Assembly (NCBI RefSeq): GCF_947568905.1
Contig: NC_079166.1
Span: 6,014,001 to 6,078,000 of the forward strand
Direction: 5' to 3'
DNA from: Ostrea edulis
Taxonomy: Eukaryota
Length of the DNA stretch: 64,000 nucleotides
Under the pieces are notes generated by a model. The model was not told the origin of the DNA. It did not search any database and was given only the letters and a program-made list of their open reading frames with translations. Below are positions 1-13,552 of this stretch, piece by piece (position 1 is the stretch's first letter; each line of letters begins with the position of its first letter). Position numbers and translations under genes: made by a program.

Positions 1-2970
1 ATGTTTGTAGAGAGATATACGTACTATATAATAAAATAAAATAGTGCATGTTTGTAGAGATACGTACTATATAATAAAATAAAATAGTGCATGTTTGTAG
101 AGAGATATACGTACTATATAATAAAATAAAATAGTGCATGTTTGTAGAGAGAAATACGTACTATATAATAAAATAAAATAGTGCATGTTTGTAGAGATAT
201 ACGTACTATATAATAAAATAAAATAGTGCATGTTTGTAGAGAAATATACGTATTATATAATAAAATAAAATAGTGCATGTTTGTAGAGATATACGTACTA
301 TATAATAAAATAAAATAGTGCATGTTTGTAGAGATACGTACTATATAATAAAATAAAATAGTGCATGTTTGTAGAGATACGTACTATATAATAAAATAAA
401 ATAGTGCATGTTTGTAGAGATACGTACTATATAATAAAATAAAATAGTGCATGTTTGTAGAGATACGTACTATATAATAAAATAAAATAGTGCATGTTTG
501 TAGAGAGATATACGTACTATATAATAAAATAAAATAGTGCATGTTTGTAGAGAGATATACGTACTATATAATAAAATAAAATAGTGCATGTTTGTAGAGA
601 TACGTACTATATAATAAAATAAAATAGTGCATGTTTGTAGAGATACGTACTATATAATAAAATAAAATAGTGCATGTTTGTAGAGACATACGTACTATAT
701 AATAAAATAAAATAGTGCATGTTTGTAGAGAGATATACGTACTATATAATAAAATAAAATAGTGCATGTTTGTAGAGATACGTACTATATAATAAAATAA
801 AATAGTGCATGTTTGTAGAGATACGTACTATATAATAAAATAAAATAGTGCATGTTTGTAGAGAGATATACGTACTATATAATAAAATAAAATAGTGCAT
901 GTTTGTAGAGAGATATACGTACTATATAATAAAATAAAATAGTGCATGTTTGTAGATATACGTACTATATAATAAAATAAAATAGTGCATGTTGGTAGAG
1001 AGATATACGTACTATATAATAAAATAAAATAGTACATGTTTGTAGAGAGATATACGTACTATATAATAAAATAAAATAGTGCATGTTTGTAGAGATACGT
1101 ACTATATAATAAAATAAAATAGTGCATGTTTGTAGAGATACGTACTATATAATAAAATAAAATAGTGCATGTTTGTAGAGAGATATACGTACTATATAAT
1201 AAAATAAAATAGTGCATGTTTGTAGAGAGATATACGTACTATATAATAAAATAAAATAGTGCATGTTTGTAGAGATACGTACTATATAATAAAATAAAAT
1301 AGTGCATGTTTGTAGAGAGATATACCTACTATATAATAAAATAAAATAGTGCATGTTTGTAGAGATACGTACTATATAATAAAATAAAATAGTGCATGTT
1401 TGTAGAGATACGTACTATATAATAAAATAAAATAGTGCATGTTTGTAGAGATACGTACTATATAATAAAATAAAATAGTGCATGTTTGTAGAGAGATATA
1501 CGTACTATATAATAAAATAAAATAGTGCATGTTTGTAGAGATACGTACTATATAATAAAATAAAATAGTGCATGTTTGTAGAGATACGTACTATATAATA
1601 AAATAAAATAGTGCATGTTTGTAGAGAGATATACCTACTATATAATAAAATAAAATAGTGCATGTTTGTAGAGATACGTACTATATAATAAAATAAAATA
1701 GTGCATGTTTGTAGAGATACGTACTATATAATAAAATAAAATAGTGCATGTTTGTAGAGATACGTACTATATAATAAAATAAAATAGTGCATGTTTGTAG
1801 AGATACGTACTATATAATAAAATAAAATAGTGCATGTTTGTAGAGAGATATACCTACTATATAATAAAATAAAATAGTGCATGTTTGTAGAGATACGTAC
1901 TATATAATAAAATAAAATAGTGCATGTTTGTAGAGAGATATACGTACTATATAATAAAATAAAATAGTGCATGTTTGTAGAGATACGTACTATATAATAA
2001 AATAAAATAGTGCATGTTTGTAGAGAGATATACGTACTATATAATAAAATAAAATAGTGCATGTTTGTAGAGATACGTACTATATAATAAAATAAAATAG
2101 TGCATGTTTGTAGAGATACGTACTATATAATAAAATAAAATAGTGCATGTTTGTAGAGAGATATACGTACTATATAATAAAATAAAATAGTGCATGTTTG
2201 TAGAGAGATATACGTACTATATAATAAAATAAAATAGTGCATGTTTGTAGAGAGATATACGTACTATATAATAAAATAAAATAGTGCATGTTTGTAGAGA
2301 TATACGTACTATATAATAAAATAAAATAGTGCATGTTTGTAGAGAGATATACGTACTATATAATAAAATAAAATAGTGCATGTTTGTAGAGATACGTACT
2401 ATATAATAAAATAAAATAGTGCATGTTTGTAGAGATACGTACTATATAATAAAATAAAATAGTGCATGTTTGTAGAGATACGTACTATATAATAAAATAA
2501 AATAGTGCATGTTTGTAGAGATATACGTACTATATAATAAAATAAAATAGTGCATGTTTGTAGAGAGATATACGTACTATATAATAAAATAAAATAGTGC
2601 ATGTTTGTAGAGATACGTACTATATAATAAAATAAAATAGTGCATGTTTGTAGAGATACGTACTATATAATAAAATAAAATAGTGCATGTTTGTAGAGAT
2701 ACGTACTATATAATAAAATAAAATAGTGCATGTTTGTAGAGAGATATACGTACTATATAATAAAATAAAATAGTGCATGTTTGTAGAGAGATATACGTAC
2801 TATATAATAAAATAAAATAGTGCATGTTTGTAGAGATACGTACTATATAATAAAATAAAATAGTGCATGTTTGTAGATATACGTACTATATAATAAAATA
2901 AAATAGTGCATGTTTGTAGAGATACGTACTATATAATAAAATAAAATAGTGCATGTTTGTAGAGATACGT
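1..2970. repeat. Minisatellite, 43/45/47-bp units, about 66 copies, runs off the window start; lies in an intron of the minus-strand HAAF-like gene
   Basis: Unit ATGTTTGTAGAGA(GA)(TA)TACGTACTATATAATAAAATAAAATAGTGC repeated head-to-tail; length variants differ by dinucleotide slips. Confidence 0.98.
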
Positions 2971-3461
2971 GGTATAGGTGAGTTTACTACATTTGGAAGG
3001 TAAACTCTTTTAAGATCATGAATTGATATCTCACCAAACTTCTTGTGCATTTGCATAATCATTAGAACAAAAGAATTTTGTAAACAGTTCTAATTTGCGA
3101 TTGAAATGTTTTATGACAGCTGAGACAACTTTTTGCAATTTATGTTAACTAAATTCTTATAAATTTTGAACATTCTAAAGATATCTGTCATATTCCATCA
3201 TAATTCAAATGATTTCCACACTGTTCTGTCTCTAAGTATAACGGATTTTTAAAATGAGACCCTTGTTTTGTTGGGCTTACATGTAGTATTTGACTAAGTA
3301 CAGCCATATCAAATTTCAAGTGCATAAAGTTTGAAAGAAAGTATTGATTTTGTTTTTCTTATAAATCCCTTTATTGCCAACAGATCAGTTGTTAACAATA
3401 TGTTGTTCGATGCCAGAGTTGTTTTATACGTTTTTAGTTTTTCTCTTCAGCTTTATACTGA

Positions 3462-3745
3462 AATATTCCATTATCACCTGCATAAGATATTTATGTCTAT
3501 CAACTGATTCGATACGGAAGAGCTTGTTCTGCGTATGACCAGTTTTTAAATCGAGGCAGCCTACTGGCAAATAGTTTAATTTTACAGGGGATTCAACAGT
3601 CTCGTTTAAAGTCAGTGTTTCGGTATATAAAGATCTAATTCACATATATTGCTTGCCATTAGGTTGGATGCCGTCCGGCATGTTTCATATATACATATTG
3701 TTAGTCCGTTCTTTACATATCAATTTTGATGACGGATCTAGAGGG
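3462..3745 (+). mobile_element. Decayed Naiad-like Penelope retroelement fragment (RT C-terminal region)
   Basis: Matches the NIPLSPAYGVYISQLIRY...QGFQQSRLKS-encoding segment of the better copies at 32870-33220 and 38323-38900. Confidence 0.75.
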
Positions 3746-4026
3746 TTTCGTTGATCATACAGCTAGCGTTTTAGGAAGGGTGGGAACTCCCGAACTCAGA
3801 AGTCTCGTTAGACTTAAGATTCAAAGCACAAGATTCGATTTTTGAGATTCGATTTTCAAAATTTGATATTTCAATTAGGCAAAAGGCAACACAATGAACT
3901 AATGTGCCCTTACTTCAAATCTGATAGTGTATTATAAAACATAGTATCCTACATTTTGCTTCCTTAATTTAAATATTGAATATTTAATCATTTCGAATCT
4001 CGAATGGATTTTCATATAATATTACT

Positions 4027-4449
4027 ATAACGAACAGTGATCAATTGCATAACTCCTATAAGAAATACAGAATAGTGGGTTGGGCAAACACAGACAGCTG
4101 AATGTACATGTAAAACTGTACCAGAGACGGGGTCAGTTGCCTAGGAGGAGTAAGCATCCCCTGTCGACCGGTCACACCCGCCATGAACCCTATATCTTGA
4201 TCAGGAACACGGAGTAATTCGTAATAGTCATAACTAGTGTGTCAATGATAGGTTGTATTGACTAGTGTGTCAATGATAGGTTGTATTGACTAGTGTGTCA
4301 ATGATAGGTTGTATTGACTAGTGTGTCAATGATAGGTTGTATTGGCAACCTAGATCATTACATGTATAACGACCTGATAATTTGCGAAATGCTGACTTTG
4401 AATGAGACTGTTGAAACCCCTGTAACATCTATTTGTTTGTCATTAGCCT
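4027..4449 (-). mobile_element. Naiad-like Penelope retroelement 3' fragment, with an internal 28-bp x4 tandem repeat at 4233-4344
   Basis: Reverse complement of the GGGGATGCTTACTCCTCCTAGGCA...CACTGTTCGTTAT 3' end; unit ACTAGTGTGTCAATGATAGGTTGTATTG starts at 4233, 4261, 4289, 4317. Confidence 0.8.
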
Positions 4450-4468
4450 CTATTTTGATTACACTCAC

Positions 4469-5826
4469 TTGAACGTCGCGGTCCACAGCAACGGAATCTG
4501 TGACGTCTGTCTTCTGCGCCGTTGTGGTGAACACTAGCCATGCCGTTTATATAACCCGCCCCAGGACACTGGTAATGAACGGCGTGGTCATATCCGTTGA
4601 CATAACCTTAAACATTGATTTGATAGCAATGTCTTTTATCAAGAAGAAAGGCAGAATGACATGTTTATGATCACATATAGCTACTACAAAGAAAGCAATC
4701 CTTCATTTGTTTTTGGACTAAATTGTTGAAATGCATTGTAAAATCTGAAGATTTATTGTCGAGCATATATATTGCATTTTGTAAAATCTTATGTTCCCAT
4801 CCTCCTACAAATACTATTGATGAGTGGGTTTACTGTGCGTACATTTAAGGCCCTGACTCTGCTACAATGCCTACGTGTATTTACGATATCAATAGAACTT
4901 GTAAGGGGGGAATTCGCACTAGAGAAATTTGATATGGATGGAGGGTAGAGAATATGTACAATAATATTTTGAAATTAAAAACTATAAAAAATTTAAAACG
5001 AAAATGCAGTTTTAGTAGAAATTAATCTAAAAATTAGAAAATGAAAGGCCCTGCTGGATGATCTACAGATCAACAGTCGACACGTTCACCTACTGAGCTA
5101 CCCAATTAGATTTAACAGGAATATAAAAAAATATTGCTGATATTTATGTTTTCATTCAAGTTTTAAAAGGAAGTCAGCGTGGCCATATACATAAGGATTG
5201 TGGTACACAGTGATTTGATTGTGTTTTAGATTCATGGAGTTACTTTTGAGCTATCCTGTTCGTGTCTTGTGATTTGCGTATATTTGATGGTGTGGTTGTA
5301 TTTGTGTTATCCCCTATAGAGCTTTGATATTACAATGAGTGTGAGAGTTCAGTGAGTTCACTGGTCAGTTAATTGTTACTTTATCAAGAGGTGTTGCCAT
5401 TTAATCACAATTTAACTCATATCATTACTAGTTTTGTTTGTCATTTCCTATAATCAATAATGTAAATATCTATTGATGCAATTGTTTATTTCAGGGTTGC
5501 AATGCAATGCACGATTAACTGCAGAACCTCCAAAAGCCTTGTTTTTTTAATATCGCAACAATCAGAACCGTTACAGTATACACATCCCTAAATAAAGATT
5601 TACCTGTCCATTGACAACGAATATCCCTGCCTCGTCTACCGGTTTCACCACAGTGGAGTTCATATCGACGGTCTTCACGAGAATTGTCATGAAACGAAAC
5701 AACTGCATCGATATACTGAGAGGGGGACCTGCAGTGGAAATTGAGCGGCCCATCCCACTTGTTTTTCCAGCTGATTACCCCATGACAGTTCAGGAGAATG
5801 CATAAAGCAAACAGAATCTTTCCCAT
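4469..5826 (-). CDS. Dermatopontin/HAAF-like secreted protein, paralog 0 (partial: downstream exons are beyond the window start)
   Basis: Coding exon 5826-5604 (MGKILFALCILLNCHGVIS signal peptide, WKNKWDGPLNFHC...SFHDNSREDRRYELHC...CQWT; phase-1 GT donor). Coding exon 4606-4469 (GYVNGYDHAVHYQCPGAGYINGMASVHHNGAEDRRHRFRCCGPRRS; AG acceptor, GTGAGT donor). Intron phases match the plus-strand paralogs; no third-repeat exon found in 2971-4468. Confidence 0.9.
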
Positions 5827-6081
5827 GGCTATTCTGATCTCACTCATCTGATTGGTATTTGGATTGTGAAATGTTTTAAACAAACTGAATACATTTTAAA
5901 GGTTCGATATGTCGATCAAAGTAAGTGCTGATTTGAAACTCTACTTGTATTACACATTTACAAAATCATTTACGTAATGTATTGTCCATTGTATTTAAAA
6001 AAGAAAAACATGAACAAACCACTCGTCAATGCGTTTCCTAAGATTGACCTGAACATACAAGTACAATATGATAAAACTCAC

Positions 6082-6146
6082 CTCAAATGGCCAGCAATAC
6101 CAATGTTTTAGCTGTGTTCAATCAGGAACATCGGCATATATATATA
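6082..6146 (-). promoter_or_regulatory. Probable TATA box and short non-coding first exon of paralog 0
   Basis: Minus strand TATATATATAT-GCCGATGTT, the same TATA+GCCGATGTT core seen upstream of the three plus-strand paralogs; GAG|GTGAGT donor at 6081. Confidence 0.55.
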
Positions 6147-7256
6147 CATGTTTTGCGACACATATGTTGGAGATAATAAATAAAAAGGTTTAAGCAAATA
6201 CACTTTTATGGTTACAAATTTGTCGTAATTACCACCTATTGTTTAACTAATTTAATGATTGAAGAACCAGTACACAATGAAGGGTAACAGGTGAAACTAA
6301 AGTGTGGTATGATATTGTAGTGACGGAGGTAATTTATGGTCCAATATTCCATCACCTGTTGTTCTACCTATTATAAAGTTTCAGTATTTCAACATTCAGT
6401 ATTTACAAATGGAAATCAAAGTAATGGAAAATGTCTGAAGTGAATGGATTATGTACAGTGCACGTGAACCATCAAAGTACTTTATTAGAATTAAAATTAC
6501 ATTCCAAATTAAATCAAAGTCCCCCCCTCCTTTGGACACAAAATCACTTACAAATACTTCACAAAGGAAATTATGTCAATTATAAATTATACTGTTACAT
6601 AGCCACGCGGCAAAGTTTCTCGTTAAGACTGCAGACGAAGTGAATAGATACAATGTGGCACTATAAGACAAAACTTCTAATCTGGCAAGAGAACCGACAG
6701 CAGATCTTCATTTGGAAATTTCTTATACTTCAAGATGCAATACCAAGGTTCAATGATACAAGATCGGAAAATGGAGTTTGAATTAACTTTTCTATTTGCA
6801 AATTTGTAAATCCCAGTAAAAACAAAATTGAAAAATAAATTAAAAGGCTGTCTATTTTCATTGTTTATTAACACATATGTTTCTAAACATGTATGTGTTA
6901 AATGATTAATTTAGTTTCATATTATAAGAAAGAAAGAAAAAATATGTAACTATCTACCAAAATGTTTGTATGGAAATATGATTTCTTTTACAAACATTTG
7001 AATACATTATGCTTTCCCATAGACTTGATCAATGTCAAATTCTAGGTGAATTAAATAAAGCAGTAAACAAAATTTTGAAAATTCTTCTAGAGGATTGTTT
7101 TATGAACTCTTCAATATGATACCACGATCACAAAACCCCCAATGCCTTAAGGAAAATTTGTTATTTTCTAAACACAGATGCATTTGTTGTTTACCCAGGA
7201 AGAACATATTATATGTTAAATCCTACATTGTGAAATGACTGGTGATCGCACGTCTG

Positions 7257-8390
7257 TTGTTAGGACGTTTGGTTTATGACCAATAGGACGTGGTGTTAGA
7301 ACGTTTGATTTATGACCAGTAGGTGGTGCGGTAAGGACGTTTAATTTATGATCAGTAGGTGGTGCGATTGGAACGTTAGATTTATGACCAGTAGGTTGTG
7401 CGTACGAGTCCCGTTGTTAGGACGTTTGATTTATGGCCAATAAGTGGTGCGATTAGGACGTTTGATTTATTACCAGTAGGTGGTGCGGTTAGGATGTTTG
7501 ATTGATGACCAGTAGGTGGTGCGGTTAGGATGTTTGATGACCAGTAGGTGGTGCAGTTAGGATTTTTTATTTATGACTAGTAGGTGGTGCGGTTAGGACG
7601 TTTGATTGATGACTAGTAGGTGGTGCGGTTAGGACGTTTAATTGATGAGTAGTAGGTCGTGGGGTTAGGATGTTTGATCTATGACCAGTAGGTAGTCCGA
7701 ATATGACGTTTGATTTATGATCAGTAAGTGCTGCGTACGAGTTCCGTTGTTAGGACGTTTATGACCAGTAGGTAATGAGGGTAGAACTTTTGATTTGTGA
7801 CCAATAGGTGGTGCGCACGAGTCCCAATGCTAGGATGTTTGATTGATGATATGTAGGTGGTGCAGTTAGGATGATTGGTTTATGACCAGTGGGTGGTGCG
7901 ATTACGAATTGTTGTTTATGACCAGTAGGTGGTGCGTACGAATCCTATTGTTAGGACGTTTGATTTATGACCAGTAGGTAGTGCGATTAGGATGAATTGT
8001 TTATGACCAGTAGGTGGTGCGTACGAGTTCTATTGTTAGGACGTTTGATTTATGACCATTACAGGTGGTGCAATTAGGATGTTTGATTGATGACCAGTAG
8101 GTGGTGTGGTTAAGATGTTTGATTTATGACCAGTAGGTGGTGCGTTCGAGTCCCGATGTTAGGACATTTAATTTATGAGTAGTAGGTGGTGCGTTCAAGT
8201 CCCGCTTGCGTCATATTGCTGCGCCAAATCTGGTATGAAACACATCACTTTTTTGCTAAGCGTTCAACCCTTAAAATTTTAGGTATGGCTTTTAAAACGG
8301 AGATGAAGTGGCATGACCAGCGTTCTCATCTTAACGAACTACGGCCCTGAGAGTAAGTATTGTATTCCGGTACTTCACCTACTATCAAAC
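7257..8390 (+). repeat. Tandem array (about 24 units of 36/50 bp) derived from the tRNA-like head of a SINE, followed by a decayed SINE body
   Basis: Unit TTAGGACGTTTGATTTATGACCAGTAGGTGGTGCGG; long variants carry GTTCGAGTCCCG (B-box-like). 8200-8390 (TTAAAACGGAG, CTACGGCCCTGAG, GGTACTTCACCTAC) matches the SINE at 46385-46712. A shorter paralogous array lies at 31383-31790. Confidence 0.8.
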
Positions 8391-10392
8391 ACATTTCATT
8401 GTGAGTAAAGAGTTCTATGAGGAGGAAGAAGTGATTCAAGGGAAATAAAGCTTCGGTTTCGGAAAGTCAGGAAGTGAGAAACAAGTGTTGAGGTCACCAT
8501 ACTGCGATAAGAGAATGGTATTTTAGCTTCTTTGATGACTGTTTGCACTTGCCTATATGGTGTCATTTAACAACAGTTTGAAAGAATAACATTACAATCA
8601 TTAGACTAATGCTGAAAGCTATCTCAACCTGTCGAGTCAAAATGCATTTCTAAATAGCTGTGATATATTGAATGCCTACTTAGTATACGATATTGTTTGG
8701 ATCAATTGTTCAATCTCAAATCCTATCACTATATGTATTTAAGAATTGAGTATTGTTACATGTACATTTAATACACCCCTGCTAAATCTAAATTTCAGCG
8801 AAACGTAATCTAAATAATTCAAGTTTTACTCCAGATACCCAATTCAGGCAAAGACTTGACCCATTCTCCGTTTTCGATCGAAAGAGTTAATTTGAATATG
8901 TTAGAAAATATTTCTCAGTTTTTAAATGTCTATACAAATTTTTTCAGATTGACCGGTCAACAGAGGGTCCTTACCCTCCAGGCAAATGATCCAACCTCTG
9001 GTGTGTCCATGGGCCCGTGTTTCCTTATCTTTAAATCTGTATTCGTTATGGAATCTATGAGATTGATCACTGTTCGTTATCTTCACCTTTTCATTTTGAG
9101 GTATTCTTTGTATATCAAATTGATATTCATCCGATTCCCTATACTGCATATAATTACATGCAGTGTGCGTTCTGTGTCACTTCCTACCCTATTGACAATA
9201 TATGGCTTGTGAACTAAGGGGTGAAAAATATCACGATTGATTATGATAAATATTAGTGATAAGTACATCTATGTAAATCCATGGAACATGATGTTAATAG
9301 GAAACCGATCCATATAACTATTTAATGAACTTGAACTTTAAACTAAATCTGGTGTACCTAAACTAAAATACACGTCAACAAAATATCAATATTGCAGGGT
9401 TATCATGGCCAAGTATGTAGAACAATTTTTGTATACAGTTTCATATAACATTGACGATCTCCCATTTCATTCAAATGAAAAGGTGAAGATAACGATCAGT
9501 GATCAGTCTCGTAACTCCGGTAAGGAATACAAATTTAATTAAGATTAAATGCACTTATCAAATTGATAAAATTATAATTGAAACAAGAGAGCCAACAATG
9601 GTAAATATATATGTGCTGATTTTACATGGGATTTGTTTAAATCACAGGACATTACTTTAGTTTAGTATTTCTATTCCAACAAATCATAACATTGCATTTA
9701 TCATGTTTTGTACTGAACACATGGATTTTGTATTGCTTGTAGAAGTTATGAGATTGATCACTGTTCGTTATCTTCACCTTTCACGGATACATTTCATAAT
9801 ATAAAATCATAGCTTTTCTATCGTTAACGAAGACCGGAGTTTTATATTTTATATCCAACAATGTTAAGATACAAACACCCGTATGAGAAAAATTTGATAT
9901 TCCGCAGCTCAGTTTTTGCTATTAAATATTGATTAAATGATCTAATAAAATAAAATAGGTCAGTGCCAGATGGCAAAAGGATACCTACTACATATATTTG
10001 CAAGGTACTAATGCATGCGCACATTAAAAATATGAAAATTCCTAAAGAAACCATTAAAAGGGGCGAGCAAGGGAATGTGAGTGTCAATGCTTCTTTTCAA
10101 TAAAATGGCGAAATATTCCAGTGATGGTATGGCTGCTTTCTGATTGCCTGAAAAAATTAGAGCACCTCTGGGGAAAATGGTAACACAATTGATAGAAAGA
10201 AATGCTGATTATGGTACAAAATTCAATATACAAAGCAATCTAATGTTTCATTAAATATTCATTTTTCCAAACGCGATTTGAAGTATCCTTCTATATGGGT
10301 GATTCTACGGCGTTTACACTAAAAACTAAAACCAATCAAAGACTGGTATTACACACAATATGTTAATTACATACACCCACTTTTTCTTCAAG

Positions 10393-10483
10393 TATATAAG
10401 CCGATGTTTTGAGCTTGTGCAAGCATTCGTTACCGGAGGAAAAGAGGAATCCAAGTGCTTGTTTTGCGGAAAATATAATAAAA
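10393..10483 (+). promoter_or_regulatory. TATA box and non-coding exon 1 of HAAF-like paralog 1
   Basis: TATATAA at 10393-10399 followed by GCCGATGTT; AAA|GTAAGT donor at 10484; TTCAG acceptor at 10867. Equivalent blocks at 35151-35241 and 56845-56937. Confidence 0.7.
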
Positions 10484-10877
10484 GTAAGTATCGAAATTGA
10501 AAATATATGAACAAAAAGTAGTCGTTGATTTTTTTATAACTGTACCTAATTTACATTGCAGAAAAAGTGTGTTTCACTATTACGATCTGATAATAGAAAA
10601 AAAATTCATTAAACTAGAGATTGAAATTACTAGATACAAAACTACTGTGTTTTAAAGAACAAGAAGTAAATAAATAAAATGATGAAATTATTGATATTAT
10701 TAACCTTATGATATTCTAGATTTTAAAATATACATGTAAATACATTTAAATGATATTAAAGATATATCTGCTTAAGATATCACACCAGTTTGAATGAATA
10801 AAAGAATTATTAACTTTAAAACAAATCTAATTAACAATTGAGGACGTCATTAAATATTTCTGTTCAGAATCAAAACA

Positions 10878-12199
10878 ATGAGGGCCCTGACATTTGCACT
10901 TTTTACACTGATGTATATGGAAGCATCAGCTCAGTGGCAAAACGACTGGGACAGGCCGCTTAACTTCCAATGCTCTTCCAATAACGCCATTTCATACATT
11001 ACATCTGTGCATGACAACAGGAAGGAGGACAGACGATTTAACTTCCACTGTAGACCTGTTCACACAGGCTCTGGATCTGTTTCTTGCCACTTATCAGGTA
11101 TTTTACTTCACATTTTCAAGATAGTTTGATTAAAGTATACATTGTTATTCCCCCTTATATAACAGTTATGAGTTATGAGATTCATCATTGTTCGTTATCT
11201 TCGTCTTTCATGTAACTCCATACGAAAACAAAAGTCCAAGGTTTTGACTGCTGTTCCAGCGACTTGTTGAAATCGACTGTTGAACGACGTGACGTTATAT
11301 TGCGCTGAAACGAGTTATCCTTTATGTCGTTTGGTTAATAAATAATGTTGTTATACACTTTAATGTTTTTTCTATATAAACTAATACGATTTAGAACCAA
11401 CATTTTAACTGTTGAGTCCACTCTCACTCTCGTGGACTCTTGACCGGTCAACTATTGACCCGGTAATAATCTGTCCAATTTCTATTGGCTACGCAAGTCA
11501 CGTGATTCTTACTCTGTTGCGTTCTTTACTTACTTTGCGTAATGGCGAGGTTCACTAATTTCGATGATAATGCTATACAGAATGCATTAGATAGAAAGCA
11601 AACCAGTAATCTGAAAAATATAATTTTCAATTAGGATATAATGGGTAATGTTTTCTTTTAAACTAAAGTACATGGAGACAAACATACGCAACCACATTGT
11701 CCTGTTCAAAGTTCAAAATCAACAAACATGTGCATTGGGGAAAAAAAAACATAAAAGAAAGAAAGTGTATAACAAAACAGTTATAGACTGTCCTCGGACA
11801 ACAGCTGTTTTGTTTGACCCGAGGACGGATCTCTTGCCAGAAGCCGTAGGCTGAGGACAACAGATCCGTCCTCGGGTCAAACAAAACAGCTGTTGTCCTC
11901 GAACAAAGTTGATAACTGTATACCGATACATGACACTTTGGCATTGCAGCTGAAGAGGGAATTCAGGCAATCCTCGAAAGCAGAGACAGCGAAAATACAA
12001 AACATGTGAAAACAGCAGAAACACCCTTAACGATTATTTTTTTAATTGCTTCCTTTATGGATATAACAAAGAAGTTGTTGAAAGGAGTCTTCGACAACAG
12101 TTGATCTGTCGGCCTTGGCCAACAGTTTGCAAACCGGCCTGACAGATCAACTGTTGCCCTCAACCCCAGTCGACAACTCTGTACTGTTTTCATAAAAGC

Positions 12200-12248
<49 letters not shown>

Positions 12249-13552
12249 GGCAGGAACGATTGGTTTGTTTATTGGCGCGTGATGTACACGTTGATATAAA
12301 GAAATAATTCGTTTTTTTACAAACCTATTCATTGTTATATGAAATAATTTTAATAATTATATCCACAGGTTACGTGAACAATTATGATCAGCCAGTCCTT
12401 TATACGTGTCCAAATGGTGGTTATCTGAATGGTGTGTCTAGTATCCATAACAACAGGAAGGAAGACAGGCAGTATAGATTTAGATGCTGTGCTCCAAGTT
12501 CAGGTATGTATGACCACAAAACCTCGTGGTAGCGTAAATCATAATTGCATATAAAAACAAATAAGAGGTTAGACATTGGAAACTGTGTAAATGAAATATG
12601 TGATAATGATGGTGATAATACTAATGATAATACTGATAATAATAAAAATTACAATGAAACGATTTAAAGGCTATTACCATACGGACTGCACATGGACTGG
12701 TTGGGTTAACAACTGGGATGAATATTTTTCGTATTCCGTTCCTCGTAATTACGTCATCAGAGGAATCAACAGCATTCACAATAATAGGAAAGAGTGAGTA
12801 TATAGTATTTACACCCTGTGATTAAGATTGTACTGTCATCAGTGGGTATTCACCTTACTATCACCACTGGTAGGTAAACACCTGATAAACATTTACATTA
12901 ATATAAGTCGGTACACACGGTCTTGTATTACGATAATTAAGTTGACATTATACGTTGTCTGACATTATCATTACAAAGTAGGTATCATATGTATAATACG
13001 CGGTCCGACATCATTACAAAGTAGGTATTATACACGGTCTGACTTCACAATTAGTAAGTGCGGTTATTACATTCATATACAGTCTGACATTTTTTAAAGT
13101 TTATGATGTCTGATATTATCATTAGTGAGTGGACAGTAGCTACTGAAGAATGTTGAATTCGATATATGCAAGTAATTTAATATTCTGTTCATCATAAATA
13201 ATTTCCTCATCTGTTCCATTCGTCATGCTGTGTATAAACATGCACCGTGAGATAGATTGGCATTGTCCGTGAGTATACACTATGAGATGTATGCGTATAC
13301 TGTACTTATAAACAATATATGCTGTTATTATTCTTACAGAAGAATGCTCTTATTCATGTTTTGTTATTGAACATAATAATCAGTATTTGTTGTTGTATAA
13401 ATCATCAATAGGAATCTATTTACAATATATTGATATCGCATTACTTTTATTATCATTATGCTAGCATCTGTTTAGTGTACATTTACGATTACTTGTTTAT
13501 TGCCAGGGACAGAAGATTTCAATTTGAAATCTGCCGGATCACCTCACAATGA
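10878..13552 (+). CDS. Dermatopontin/HAAF-like secreted protein, paralog 1 (174 aa, intact)
   Basis: Exons 10878-11097, 12369-12503, 12670-12793, 13507-13552 join in frame with GT-AG introns. Signal peptide MRALTFALFTLMYMEASA; three W/YxNxW/YD...C...SxHxNRKEDRxF/Y...C repeats, the hallmark of the dermatopontin/HAAF family. Confidence 0.95.
11221..12194 (+). mobile_element. Crypton-like non-autonomous element in an intron of paralog 1 (shorter paralogous copy at about 35950-36362)
   Basis: Short inverted ends TACGAAAACA / TGTTTTCATA; decayed peptides AAEEGIQAILESRDSENTKHVKTAE and RRFNSASEEDIQAILKKRHSQK resemble the N-terminus of Crypton/DUF3504 tyrosine-recombinase proteins. Confidence 0.55.
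11797..11897. repeat. Perfect 36-bp inverted repeat with 29-nt spacer
   Basis: GACAACAGCTGTTTTGTTTGACCCGAGGACGGATCT (11797-11832) versus its exact reverse complement (11862-11897). Confidence 0.95.
12202..12242. repeat. (AT)n microsatellite
   Basis: Uninterrupted TA run; a similar run lies at 34692-34735 directly after a Naiad-like 3' end. Confidence 0.95.

Noticed and set aside
114-2602. Repeated MHYFILLYSTYIS ORFs
   Set aside because: Translations of the 43/45/47-bp minisatellite, broken by frequent frameshifts.
7257-8205. CRISPR-like array of 36-bp repeats
   Set aside because: Units are contiguous with no unique spacers, there are no cas genes, and the context is eukaryotic.
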